DNA of 64,000 bases from Nitrospirae bacterium MYbin3 (GTDB lineage: Bacteria; Nitrospirota; Thermodesulfovibrionia; Thermodesulfovibrionales; Dissulfurispiraceae). Of the stretch, positions 1-9,532 are shown one piece after another (position 1 is the first letter of the stretch; each line of letters opens with the position of its first letter). The notes beneath the pieces were generated by a model. The model did no database searches. It was given only the letters and a program-made list of their open reading frames with translations, and was not told the origin of the DNA. The position numbers were made by a program, and so were the translations under genes. The stretch lies in contig PEAD01000013.1 of NCBI GenBank assembly GCA_002753335.1, positions 1 through 64,000 of the forward strand, read 5' to 3'.

Positions 1-109
1 AAATCGAGGTGAAAAATGTTGACTTAAAAATGCGGAAGAAATAAGATAAATAAAATGGTGGTCTCGATTATCTGGGATTGAATTGGTCTCGGTTACTTGG
101 GACGTGACA
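1..109 (+). mobile_element. Right end of a probable IS21-family insertion sequence (element continues left of the window)
   Basis: Two imperfect 18-bp direct repeats GGTCTCGATTATCTGGGA (60-77) and GGTCTCGGTTACTTGGGA (85-102), 25 bp apart, ending in ...CGTGACA at 109. Multiple internal repeats plus TG...CA termini are typical of IS21 ends. An open frame ending IEVKNVDLKMRKK* at 44 may be the istB tail. Confidence 0.6.
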
Positions 110-235
110 GCCAGGGAATTGGTAAGAACAAGAATTGAGCTTAGATCTGGAGATAAGGTACTCTTTGCCCCTGTAGAGGATATTGAAGGCAATGACTATG
201 CAAGGGTTACAAGTATTGTTGAGTTGAATGCCTGA
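110..235 (+). pseudogene. 3' remnant of a gene interrupted by the IS
   Basis: A frame is open from the first base after the IS terminus, with no ATG or RBS: ARELVRTRIELRSGDKVLFAPVEDIEGNDYARVTSIVELNA*. Confidence 0.45.
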
Positions 236-356
236 TCTATATTAATTTTTTAAGATCAAAACTATCGTAATCCTTATATCTTCTTAGATAAAAACTACTC
301 AGAAAGTTGCACCAATAATGTGGTGGTTTTATAGCCCTGATATTCATGCACATTGA

Positions 357-385
357 TTGACATTTCATGCAAGAGCACATATAAT
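357..385 (+). promoter_or_regulatory. Sigma70 promoter of the vapBC operon
   Basis: Perfect TTGACA (357-362) - 17 bp - TATAAT (380-385), followed by an AAGGAGG RBS before ATG 411. Confidence 0.85.
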
Positions 386-410
386 TACGGTAACAAGGAG
401 GTATTTTATC

Positions 411-689
411 ATGGCTATACTTCAGGTCCGGGACATAGATGACAGGCTGTACTCTTCTCTTAAAGATATTGCTAGATCGGAGAATCGTTCTCTAAGCCAA
501 GAGGTTATCTCTATTTTAGAGAAATATCTGTCAAACCCTGCTCTGTTCAGAAACAACCCCACCGCGGAATTTCTTGCTTTGTCAGAAGCATGGGATGACG
601 ATAGAACAGCGGATGACATTATAAAAGGAATCCGGGAACACCGCAAGAAAAGCAATCGTTTTGAGGCCAAAAATGCCATATTTGATTGA
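411..689 (+). CDS. vapB: FitA/VapB-like ribbon-helix-helix antitoxin
   Basis: MAILQVRDIDDRLYSSLKDIARSENRSLSQEV is an RHH pattern; overlaps the downstream PIN gene; start moved to ATG 411 by the RBS. Confidence 0.8.
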   Translation: MAILQVRDIDDRLYSSLKDIARSENRSLSQEVISILEKYLSNPALFRNNPTAEFLALSEAWDDDRTADDIIKGIREHRKKSNRFEAKNAIFD

Positions 690-1074
690 CACAGACATTA
701 TTATCTATAGCATCAAGGGTAATAGTCTTGTTCAGAAGCGTTTTCTACAGAATGAAAAAATCCCAAAGGCGATTTCTGTAATTACATACGGCGAATTACT
801 GTTTGGTGCCAAGAAGTCAAAAAATGTTGACAAGAACCTTGCTATCGTTTACAGGATTAAGGAACTATTCCCTGTCATTGCGATAGACAGAGCGATAATG
901 GAAACCTTCAGTGATCTAAAAGCAAGGATACAAAAGAGCGGCAGCATTATTGATGATATGGATTTGCTTATAGCTTCTACTGCCCTGACGATGAATTACA
1001 CATTGGTAACAAATAATGAAAAACATTTTAATAAGATTAAGGGCTTGAAGATAGAGAATTGGAATAAAGAATAA
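673..1074 (+). CDS. vapC: VapC PIN-domain ribonuclease toxin
   Basis: YLIDTDII, ITYGEL, DLLIASTAL and LVTNNEKHF PIN motifs. Confidence 0.92.
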   Translation: MPYLIDTDIIIYSIKGNSLVQKRFLQNEKIPKAISVITYGELLFGAKKSKNVDKNLAIVYRIKELFPVIAIDRAIMETFSDLKARIQKSGSIIDDMDLLIASTALTMNYTLVTNNEKHFNKIKGLKIENWNKE

Positions 1075-1119
1075 AACCTGCTGACAACAATATCTTGAAG
1101 GCGAATCGGTTTAGATAAC

Positions 1120-1152
1120 AACTTCACAGTAACCTTTAACTGTGAGGTTTTC
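1120..1152 (+). terminator. Probable intrinsic terminator after vapC
   Basis: AACTTCACAGT...ACTGTGAGGTT stem followed by a T-run. Confidence 0.5.
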
Positions 1153-1575
1153 ACTAGCTATCAAGATTTCTTTTTAAAATTTTTAGTCTCTGGAAAATAC
1201 CGTCACAGGTCTTTTGCCGATTAAGATTTGCAGCCAAAATTCTAGAAGGTGAAATTATTGGTAGAAATGTTGATTGATGAGCTGCGGAAAAAATAGAGTT
1301 CACACTCTTGCTGCTTGGATGAGAATGCCTCTACAAATATTGATTTTGAGACACTGACAAATTCTGCGAATGGCAATTTATAACGGTTAGTCAGAAATCT
1401 TTTAGCGGAATTTGTCTTCTTTAATCCAAACTCTTGGGTATTGTTCGGGATAAAGTTTTTTAGCGCATTCTGAGCATATGCAATGCCTTTAAAGAAATAA
1501 GACTGCATCCTAATAATAATTTTTAAGTTCAAGTATTATTGATAAAAACATTATAATTTAGTTGCATTGTAAATT

Positions 1576-1740
1576 ATGAATGGCATAACGTATTACGAGG
1601 AGGAGCGATTTATTCTTCTTGGGATGAGTTATACTCTTAGAATTTTGGTGGTTTGTAAAGATGAGGTGATAAGAATCATCTCTGCTCGTAGAGCAGCTCG
1701 CGCGGAGCAGAAATGTTATTGGAAAGGGGTGGTGAAATGA
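1576..1740 (+). pseudogene. brnT: Internally deleted BrnT-family toxin (54 aa, not in the ORF track)
   Basis: MNGITYYEEERFILLGMSYTLRILVVCKDEVIRIISARRAARAEQKCY keeps the BrnT C-terminal ERF..G and IRIISAR motifs but lacks the N-terminal FEWD..K...KHG..F segment; ATGA overlap with brnA. Confidence 0.7.
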
Positions 1741-1952
1741 GAACAGAATACGATTTCTCGAAAGCACAGAAAAATCCATATGCTCGCAAACTCAAGCGGC
1801 AGGTTACTCTTTGGATGGATGAAGGTACAGTTAGTTACTTCAAGAGCCTTGCTCAGGAAATTGGTGTTCCTTACCAAACACTTATAAATCTGTATTTGAG
1901 GGATTGTGCCACATCGCATAAAAAACTTTCGCTGCAATGGAATCATGCATAA
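1737..1952 (+). CDS. brnA: BrnA/CopG-like antitoxin
   Basis: MRTEYDFSKAQKNPYA...YFKSLA..GVPYQTLINLYL is the typical BrnA pattern. Confidence 0.85.
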   Translation: MRTEYDFSKAQKNPYARKLKRQVTLWMDEGTVSYFKSLAQEIGVPYQTLINLYLRDCATSHKKLSLQWNHA

Positions 1953-2062
1953 ACTGGAAAATTATAATATTTATACTTGGAGCGTGAGGATGATTGCGAT
2001 AGCACTTATTTTATGGACAGCAGTCTAAATTTATCCCGCCAAATAAGAAATCGAGGTAAAGG

Positions 2063-3964
2063 ATGAAAAAAGAAGAGCAGCAACAGACAATTCTAATTGT
2101 GGATGATGAGCCTCTTATGCTTGAAGTCCTCTCTGAGATGCTGACTTCGCACGGGTTTGTCGTTGATGCGTTTGCTAATGGTCTGGAGGCTTACGAGCAA
2201 TACAAAAAATACAACGGCTACGCTCTTATTATCTCCGACATGATAATGCCTGTAATGTCAGGTCTTGACCTTCTTAAAAAGCTCAGGCAAGAAGGCAGCG
2301 AGATTCCGTTCATAATTCTTAGCGGTTCGTATGATGTTTCTGCTGCTGTCGAGGCCATAAAATTGGGAGCAAGCGATTATGTTCTCAAAACTCAGGATGC
2401 CGAAGAAGCGGTCATCATCTCCATACAAAAGGCTCTCGAAAAACAGCAAATACTTAAGAGCAACCAGCGTTTGGCCATGGATCTTGCAGGAAAAACCAGG
2501 CAGTTGGAGACCTTTAATAATGTGCTTAAAATAACCGTGGACAAACTAACCAAGGTTGGGGCATCACTTATGTCAGAGAGAAGCCTCTCGAAGCTTTTAG
2601 ATATGATTGTGAGAGAAGCGCGCGACGTTACCAATGCGGATGGAGGAACTCTTTATGTCATGGAGAACGACCTGCTTCATTTCAAAATATCGCAAAACAG
2701 ATCATTGAACATTTTTCTGGGTGCTATTGACGGTGAACCTGCATTGTTCCCCCCTCTGGAGCTGAATAAAAATTATGTCTCTGCCTATGCGGCTATGGAA
2801 AAAGAGATTGTAAACATACCAGATGTTTATGAATCCGATAAATTTGACTTTACCGGTCCAAAGCGCTTCGATGCATCCGCAGGCTACAAGACAAAGTCCA
2901 TGCTTGTGCTTCCTATGATCGACAGGGAAGGAACGGTGATAGGGGTGCTGCAGCTTATTAATTCGATAAATCCCGAGAATTCAGAGATAGTAGAATTTAC
3001 CGAAGGCCTCACCGAGATCGCAAAGGCTTTAGCCTGTCAGGCTGCCGTCTGCATAGAAAATGCAAAAAGCTACGAAACTATCCAGAAGAAGAATATTGCT
3101 TTTGGACGCTTTGTCCCTAACCAGTTCCTTAATTTTCTTGGCAAGGAAGAAGTTGAGCATGTTAATCTCGGCGATGCTACTGAGCAGGAACTCTCGGTGC
3201 TCTTTTCTGACATCCGCCAGTTCACCAGCATCTCAGAAAAGCTCACTCCTGAAGAAAACTTTCGCTTTTTGAACGAATACCTTAGATATATTGGCCCCGT
3301 AATAACAAGCAACGGCGGTTTTATAGACAAATATATAGGCGATGCGATAATGGCGCTTTTCCCTGGCATACATTCCGGGGTTGCTGACGACGCTGTTATA
3401 GCTGCTATAGGAATGAGGCACAGTCTTTCCGAATACAATCTGGAAAGGAAAAAGACCGGACACTCAGCCATAGATATTGGTATTGGAATAAATACAGGCA
3501 GGATGACGCTGGGCACAATCGGGTTCGAAACCAGAATGGACAGCACCGTTATAGGGGACACCGTGAACCTCGCCTCTCGTATCGAGGGTATAACAAAGAA
3601 GTACAACATCCCTATTGTTATATCCGAATTTACTATAAGAAAGCTGAGGGAACCCGAAAAGTTTCATATCCGCGAACTGGACAAAGTAAGGGTAAAAGGC
3701 AAGGAGGAACCTATCACCGTTTATGAGATTTTTGATGCGGACCCTGAAAGCATAAAAGAAGCCAAGATAAAAAGCCTGAATGTTTACAACGAAGGCCTTT
3801 CTTTTTATAGAACCCATCGGTGGGAAGATGCTCTTAAGGTTTTTATCGAACTTGCTAAACTGTTGCCTGTGGATGATGTTGTAAAAATATACATTGAAAG
3901 ATGCAGAAAATTTATCACAGCACCGCCAGAAAAGTCTGATGACTTGGTGGTGAGGCTGGGATAG
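2063..3964 (+). CDS. Receiver-GAF-class III adenylate/guanylate cyclase
   Basis: N-terminal REC (ILIVDDE, ISDMIMP), GAF (GYKTKSMLVLPM), cyclase motifs FSDIRQFT, DKYIGDAIMA, IGDTVNLASR; TPR-like tail. Confidence 0.92.
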   Translation: MKKEEQQQTILIVDDEPLMLEVLSEMLTSHGFVVDAFANGLEAYEQYKKYNGYALIISDMIMPVMSGLDLLKKLRQEGSEIPFIILSGSYDVSAAVEAIKLGASDYVLKTQDAEEAVIISIQKALEKQQILKSNQRLAMDLAGKTRQLETFNNVLKITVDKLTKVGASLMSERSLSKLLDMIVREARDVTNADGGTLYVMENDLLHFKISQNRSLNIFLGAIDGEPALFPPLELNKNYVSAYAAMEKEIVNIPDVYESDKFDFTGPKRFDASAGYKTKSMLVLPMIDREGTVIGVLQLINSINPENSEIVEFTEGLTEIAKALACQAAVCIENAKSYETIQKKNIAFGRFVPNQFLNFLGKEEVEHVNLGDATEQELSVLFSDIRQFTSISEKLTPEENFRFLNEYLRYIGPVITSNGGFIDKYIGDAIMALFPGIHSGVADDAVIAAIGMRHSLSEYNLERKKTGHSAIDIGIGINTGRMTLGTIGFETRMDSTVIGDTVNLASRIEGITKKYNIPIVISEFTIRKLREPEKFHIRELDKVRVKGKEEPITVYEIFDADPESIKEAKIKSLNVYNEGLSFYRTHRWEDALKVFIELAKLLPVDDVVKIYIERCRKFITAPPEKSDDLVVRLG

Positions 3965-3977
3965 AAAAAGTTCGTAA

Positions 3978-4949
3978 ATGGTAAAAAAGAATAAAACAAA
4001 AGAAGAGTTGGTGCGCGGGATTGTCCTTATGCGCAGCAAATCAAAATCCCTCGAAAAAGATTTATCCAATCTGAAGAACAACTGGAGCGATTACGGTTTA
4101 AGCGCCGAGGCCTTTCAGTTAATGGCCGACTTTGCGCCTGTTTTTATCTGGGCATCGAAATCAAACAATATAGAGCGGTGCTATTTCAATAAGGTTTGGC
4201 TTGATTACAGGGGGAGGTCTTTTTCGGAAGAACAGGGGAGGGGGTGGCTTGAAGGAATGCATAAAGATGACTATAAAGCCTTCCGTGCTGTATGCTCTGG
4301 TGCCTACTCCGAAAAGAAGCCTTATAAAATAGAATATCGCATCAAAAGAAACGATGATGTTTTCCGTTGGGTTTTAGAGACTGGTGTTCCGCATTATTCG
4401 GCCGAGAATAAATTTGCAGGATATATAGGATCCTGCGTAGGCATAAGCGAACAGAAAGAGCTTGAAGAGAAGCTTTTTAAGATGGCTCATTACGATATTC
4501 TTACAGGTATTCCTAATCGTGGTCTGTTCATGGACAGGCTGAATCATGCTATCTCCAATGCCAAGCGGTACAAAACAAAAATTGCGCTTCTCTACATTGA
4601 CCTGGATAGATTCAAATCTGTAAATGACGGATATGGGCACAAGGTTGGCGACATGCTATTGGTGGAGGCAGCCGGAAGGATAAATTCATGCGTGCGAGAG
4701 TCTGATACGGTTGCGCGGATGGGTGGGGATGAGTTTACCGTGATATTGCCCAATATTCACAGAAAAAAAGATGTTCTTCCTGTCGTAGATAAAATAGTAA
4801 AAAAGATTTCAAGACCCTTCGTCATATTGAATAATGAGTGCAGTATCGGTGCAAGCGTGGGAATCGGGTTTTATCCTGACGATGCAGTTGATCCAGATTC
4901 CCTGATTAAAAAAGCTGATGCCAATATGTACAGAAAGAAGCGGACTTGA
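3978..4949 (+). CDS. PAS-GGDEF diguanylate cyclase
   Basis: PAS (YFNKVWLDYRG..GWLEGMH), DILTGIPNR, RESD I-site, GGDEF. Confidence 0.92.
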   Translation: MVKKNKTKEELVRGIVLMRSKSKSLEKDLSNLKNNWSDYGLSAEAFQLMADFAPVFIWASKSNNIERCYFNKVWLDYRGRSFSEEQGRGWLEGMHKDDYKAFRAVCSGAYSEKKPYKIEYRIKRNDDVFRWVLETGVPHYSAENKFAGYIGSCVGISEQKELEEKLFKMAHYDILTGIPNRGLFMDRLNHAISNAKRYKTKIALLYIDLDRFKSVNDGYGHKVGDMLLVEAAGRINSCVRESDTVARMGGDEFTVILPNIHRKKDVLPVVDKIVKKISRPFVILNNECSIGASVGIGFYPDDAVDPDSLIKKADANMYRKKRT

Positions 4950-4966
4950 ATGGCGATGCCTAAACT

Positions 4967-5671
4967 TCAACGCAGATTTGTTGTTTCCCAGGCGGTTGCC
5001 TTCTCATAATCCTTAAATAACCGTTCTTTATTTTTGAACTGAGCTGAATGAATGATTCTTCTGCAGCCCTTCTCAGTTTCTCCAACCGATTCATGCAGCA
5101 TCTCGTGGTAGATTACAAAAGCCAAGAAATAGCGCGGCACATTTTTTTTGTCAAGTACAGGGTTAATTCTTATCATATTTGAATTTCTGCTGTAGCTGCC
5201 CAACGTTCTTTTCCTGACAAAATATCTTGCACTCTTTGTCCCCCATGTGATTCGCGACTTAATCATTCCGCCAAAGTATTCCAGATTTATTTCATCAAAA
5301 ATATCCTGAAGGTCATGATATTTCCCGGCAGTAATTACCGATACTCTTTTAGGATGTTTTTTTGTGATATGTTCTCTGTTTGTTCGGATAAAACTTCTAA
5401 AGTGGGGCATCGAAGCTTTTCTGTTTTTTAAGAATGAAACTATCTCGGCAATCACAGGCTCTCCGGAATAGAGAAACATCCGGTGAAGCCTTATCTGGGC
5501 TACACCGTTGATTGTCCTTACCGAAAGCATATTGGTTGAATTGTCCGTCAAAACAAGAGTTGCCGGCCTGCCAAGATTATCTTGAAAATGGCTGCGCAAA
5601 GAATCCTTATCATAGCCGAAATTAATAGATAGCTGTTTATCTGGAATGGCGCAAGGGGCTTTCTTCATCAT
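4967..5671 (-). CDS. SprT-like/M48 zinc metalloprotease domain protein
   Basis: HEMLH zincin motif, LGSY...IRINPVLD, downstream H..F; start codon uncertain. Confidence 0.75.
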   Translation of the reverse strand: MMKKAPCAIPDKQLSINFGYDKDSLRSHFQDNLGRPATLVLTDNSTNMLSVRTINGVAQIRLHRMFLYSGEPVIAEIVSFLKNRKASMPHFRSFIRTNREHITKKHPKRVSVITAGKYHDLQDIFDEINLEYFGGMIKSRITWGTKSARYFVRKRTLGSYSRNSNMIRINPVLDKKNVPRYFLAFVIYHEMLHESVGETEKGCRRIIHSAQFKNKERLFKDYEKATAWETTNLR

Positions 5672-5679
5672 GCTCTCGT

Positions 5680-5997
5680 CTATGTTTCTTTCGGCCTTAA
5701 CGATACCAGGGTTGCACCCCATCCACCTGCGTCCTCTCCTGCTAACCTGTAAGAAATGACTTCAGGTATACGTCCTAAAATAACATGGACAGTCTTTCTC
5801 ATCATTCCGCTGCCTTTGCCATGAATTATTCGTGCTTCAAAAATACCAATTTTCATGCATTCTGCAAGATAGTGCGGCAGCAACTCTTTTACTTCACTAG
5901 GTTGAAACATATGAAGATCAAGAACTCCGTCTATTGGGAGATTAACAATCTTGGTGCTATCGTCATCATAGCTTTTCAGCAGGGGATTGTTTTCCAT
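5680..5997 (-). CDS. Smr/MutS2 C-terminal domain protein
   Basis: LDLH, IIHGKGSG, GGWGATLV motifs. Confidence 0.9.
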   Translation of the reverse strand: MENNPLLKSYDDDSTKIVNLPIDGVLDLHMFQPSEVKELLPHYLAECMKIGIFEARIIHGKGSGMMRKTVHVILGRIPEVISYRLAGEDAGGWGATLVSLRPKET

Positions 5998-6088
5998 GTC
6001 TGGTTTTCGGAATATTTGCACCTTGACCGAATATTTATTTTGTTTTAATGTGTAAGATGAATAATACGTTTATCAGGAGGATTTTACT

Positions 6089-7705
6089 ATGAACAGAAAT
6101 ATTTTTTCAGCCGCTATTCTGATTTTTTCTTTTATAATTTCTCCCAATGCGTTGGTTTTTTCTGCAGAGGTAGAGTCTGCACCAAAAATCCGGAGCATTG
6201 TTCTTTATCCTGACAGCGCACTGATAAAAAAAGAGTCGGCAGTAGCGGTTAAGAAAGGTGAAAATATAATAAGCATTTCAGGACTGACCACAAATTTAAC
6301 GGACGGCTCTGTTCAGGTGACCATTAAAGAAAAGGGTTCTGTAAAAATATCTGATGTAAGGGTTGAAAAGACGTATCTGCAGAAGACAGTTAACGATAAA
6401 ATCGAGAACCTGCAGGTTAAGCTTGACAGCATCAACGACCTTATTAATACAAATTCAAACGAAATCCTGGCCATAAAAAGTTCGATAGAATTCTTAAAGA
6501 AGATAGTTCCATTTCCACAGAGCCAGAAGGTTACGCAATCCGAGGTTGAAACCCATGCAAAGTTTATCGAAAAGTCGTCATCGTCAAATTATGAGAGGGT
6601 AGCAAAATTAGAAAACAACATAAAGAAGCTTAATGAAGAAAAAAAGACGGTCGAAAATGAGCTTAAGAGTCTAAGATCGTCAAGGGATGAGAGCAAGACA
6701 ATTAGAATTAAGCTGCTTTCTCAGGCTGACAACGAAATTAATTTAGGAGTTTCCTATATCGTCACAAAAGCAGGTTGGTCCCCGCATTATGATGTGCGCG
6801 CTGATTCTGCTTCAGGCAAGGTTGATATTGTCTGCTATGCGACGATAACCCAAGGCACCGGAGAAGACTGGAAGAATGCTGATATCGAGATCTCAACCGC
6901 AAGGCCTATTTATGGGCCTGCTCCGGAGCTGTCAGCATGGTATGTCGATATATATAAGCCCCGGACTCCCATTTATAAATCAAAGAGGTCGATGGAAGAT
7001 GCTGACATGCAGATGATGAGCATGGAAAAGGCCTCTGCAATGGCCCCGGCGCCGCTATTCGAAGAGCCTAAGATCAAGACAGAGGCTACATCATTGAGCT
7101 TTATACTACCGGGCAAGATCAATATCCCGTCAGACAATCAGCCGCACAGGATATTGATAGCATCTGCGTCCAAAGAGGCAAAACTCGAATATTATGCGGT
7201 GCCCAAACTCTCTCGCTATGCTTATCTAAGGGCAGACATGAAGAACCCGTTTCCATTTCCGATTGTATCGGGGCAGATGAGTATGTTTCTTGATGAGCGG
7301 TTTGTGAATACAATAGTTGTTGATGAGCAGATACTTCCTGATGGCGAGATGAATTTGGCGCTTGGCATTGATGAAGGTATTAAGCTGGAGAGGAAGCTGC
7401 TGAAAAAGTTTACCCAATATTCTGGTGTGATTTCCAAGGGTGCGCAGGTAGGCTATGAATATACTATCGACATTGCCAGCGCAAAAGATAAAGAAATCGG
7501 TATTAACATAAGAGATAATTTTCCTGTTTCAAAAAATGAGCAGATAAAGGTTTTCCTCGACTCGCCCAAAAAGGAAGAGACCAAGCTCTCTGACGATGGG
7601 ATAATATCGTGGGATTTAAAGCTGAGTCCCAATGATAAGAAGACCCTGAAAATAAAATTCAGGGTGGAATATGCGAAGAGTTTGAGGATTACGGGGTTGG
7701 AGTAG
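6089..7705 (+). CDS. DUF4140/DUF4139 (MuiA-like) exported protein
   Basis: Signal peptide, IRSIVLYPDSA, coiled coil, AGWSPHYDVR, QGTGEDW..ISTARP, YYAVPKLS. Confidence 0.85.
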   Translation: MNRNIFSAAILIFSFIISPNALVFSAEVESAPKIRSIVLYPDSALIKKESAVAVKKGENIISISGLTTNLTDGSVQVTIKEKGSVKISDVRVEKTYLQKTVNDKIENLQVKLDSINDLINTNSNEILAIKSSIEFLKKIVPFPQSQKVTQSEVETHAKFIEKSSSSNYERVAKLENNIKKLNEEKKTVENELKSLRSSRDESKTIRIKLLSQADNEINLGVSYIVTKAGWSPHYDVRADSASGKVDIVCYATITQGTGEDWKNADIEISTARPIYGPAPELSAWYVDIYKPRTPIYKSKRSMEDADMQMMSMEKASAMAPAPLFEEPKIKTEATSLSFILPGKINIPSDNQPHRILIASASKEAKLEYYAVPKLSRYAYLRADMKNPFPFPIVSGQMSMFLDERFVNTIVVDEQILPDGEMNLALGIDEGIKLERKLLKKFTQYSGVISKGAQVGYEYTIDIASAKDKEIGINIRDNFPVSKNEQIKVFLDSPKKEETKLSDDGIISWDLKLSPNDKKTLKIKFRVEYAKSLRITGLE

Positions 7706-7756
7706 GCCCAATAATTGGGCTGAAACTGTAGAAATCCGCAGCAGTTGCATTACATT

Positions 7757-8038
7757 ATGGCTGAATCAAAGCAAAGCTCTCCCAAGGTGTTACTGGTTTT
7801 ATCGCTCTTTTTTGTGCTAGTCGGAGGTATGGTCATCGACCCTTTGGCAGGCTTTGCGTGCTTTGTTATGAGCGGCTTTCTTGCTTTGTTGTTATGTATG
7901 CATCGGATAAAAGCATTACGCTATAGTGCCTTTATCTTATTGGTTATTATTATTGCTCTCGCAGTGTCAAAGTTTCCTGAAGGAAAAAAACACCTCGAAG
8001 TTTACAAATCGAAAACGGTAAAAGGGAATGTAAAATAA
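7757..8038 (+). CDS. Small hypothetical membrane protein
   Basis: About three hydrophobic segments; no recognisable motif. Confidence 0.55.
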   Translation: MAESKQSSPKVLLVLSLFFVLVGGMVIDPLAGFACFVMSGFLALLLCMHRIKALRYSAFILLVIIIALAVSKFPEGKKHLEVYKSKTVKGNVK

Positions 8039-8120
8039 GGTTGGCATTAACGTTTCTCTTCATTGACAGAATTTGAAAAGTTATGCTCAAATTAAAGATT
8101 AATTTATTTGAGGTGAGCAA

Positions 8121-8945
8121 GTGAAACCTGAATATCTGTTTTTCTGGATTGCGGTGGGAATGTATGGTATAAGCGCCTGCAGTTATATCTTCGGCATCAT
8201 AGGGAAAAATGACAAACTTTTTGTCTTTGGTTTGTATAGCGCTTTAGCCGGATTTGTTCCTCATCTTTTTTCTATAGCCAACCGTTGGATGGAGACCGGC
8301 ATAAGTCCTTTTATTATGATTTCTGAATCAATTAGTTTTGGAATTTTTGTTTCAATTCTTATATTTCTTATTTTCCAATTTACGGTTAAAAAGGTAAGGC
8401 CTTTGGGCGTTGTTGTTATGCCTGTTGCGTTTGTTCTTATGGGATGGGGCGGGACGCTTATTAAAGGGGCTGCTACTCAGATAGCACCTGCATTGCAGAG
8501 TGGCTGGATTTGGGTTCATATCATTGGGGCGGCGACCGGTTTTGGTGCAATACTTGTATCAGCAGGAATGGGAATGATGTATCTTTTAAAAGAGAAATAT
8601 TCGGGCGGTATATACGAAAAGTTGCCTGAGTTGCAGGTCTTGGACAACCTCGGGTATCGTTTTGTTGCAGGCGGCTTTATCATGTATGGACTTATGATAA
8701 TATCCGGCTGTTTCTGGGCTAATCAGGTTAAAGGCAGCTACTGGAACTGGGACCCTGTAGAGGTGTGGTCACTTATATCATGGCTCACATATGGGATATA
8801 TCTGCATCTTAGAATAACCTTTGGATGGCGGGGCAGAAAATTAGCATGGTATGCATTGATTGCCCTTGCAGCTATGATAATAAGTTATTGGGGAATTCCT
8901 TTTGCTGTTGAAACATTTCACAGCGGTTTTAGAATAGAGCATTGA
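8121..8945 (+). CDS. ccsA: System II cytochrome c synthase CcsA/ResC family (divergent WWD domain)
   Basis: Multiple TM helices; LQSGWIWVH, WANQVKGSYWNWDPVE, YLHLR and a C-terminal H; GAGG RBS before GTG. Confidence 0.9.
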   Translation: MKPEYLFFWIAVGMYGISACSYIFGIIGKNDKLFVFGLYSALAGFVPHLFSIANRWMETGISPFIMISESISFGIFVSILIFLIFQFTVKKVRPLGVVVMPVAFVLMGWGGTLIKGAATQIAPALQSGWIWVHIIGAATGFGAILVSAGMGMMYLLKEKYSGGIYEKLPELQVLDNLGYRFVAGGFIMYGLMIISGCFWANQVKGSYWNWDPVEVWSLISWLTYGIYLHLRITFGWRGRKLAWYALIALAAMIISYWGIPFAVETFHSGFRIEH

Positions 8946-8961
8946 TTTTTCAGGAGGTAAG

Positions 8962-9462
8962 ATGTCGATACTTAAATATTTATGCTTGTTAATGATTGCC
9001 TTATTTATGATAGCAGCATGCACCAAAGACAAGAACGATAAGCAGGACGCTCCGAAATCCATACACAGTAATGTGGCCGAAACTTCAACCCCCGGCATTT
9101 CTGCTGCGATAAAAAATCAGAAGTGGCCTAATAGCCAATCTACAACAATAGGAACTGTTTTTGATTCGTACAAGCATTTAACGAAAAAGGAGTGGAGAGA
9201 ATCCTCGTTGAAAAGCGGGCACTACACTATTGATTTCAGCGGATGGTTTGAAAAAAATACATTGAACGACAAAGATATTCAGGATGGAGTCATAGACAGA
9301 GGAGTTGGCGTGACGTTTGTGATAGAACCGAATGGGGCTTGGTATGTATTAATGGTGTCAAAGCTTGAGGTTAAGTCTGACGGCAAGCTGTATAGATATG
9401 AACAAAAAGACTCTACTGCGATTCTTGATAAGATTTATGCCAATAAAAAAATTAGCTTTTAA
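8962..9462 (+). CDS. Hypothetical lipoprotein
   Basis: Signal peptide with IAAC lipobox; AGGAGG RBS. Confidence 0.7.
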   Translation: MSILKYLCLLMIALFMIAACTKDKNDKQDAPKSIHSNVAETSTPGISAAIKNQKWPNSQSTTIGTVFDSYKHLTKKEWRESSLKSGHYTIDFSGWFEKNTLNDKDIQDGVIDRGVGVTFVIEPNGAWYVLMVSKLEVKSDGKLYRYEQKDSTAILDKIYANKKISF

Positions 9463-9532
9463 ACACTTTACTGAGCGCTAGGCTATTAATATTGACAGCA
9501 ATGCGCTGACAGGCTAAGGCCGATTATTAATT

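Noticed and set aside
1075..1120. Possible integron attC site after vapC (TA genes are common cassettes)
   Set aside because: No convincing RYYYAAC...GTTRRRY pair with internal dyad, no repeat of it around neighbouring genes, and no integrase in the window.
1242..1532. 96-aa minus-strand ORF
   Set aside because: TTG start, no RBS or recognisable motif, AT-rich region; may be decayed sequence.
2048..2057. AAATCGAGGT identical to positions 1-10
   Set aside because: A 10-bp match containing an RBS-like GAGG; compatible with chance and not placed as a target duplication.
8041..8057. TTGGCATTAACGTTTC as a sigma54 promoter for ccsA
   Set aside because: The -12 GC is replaced by TC.
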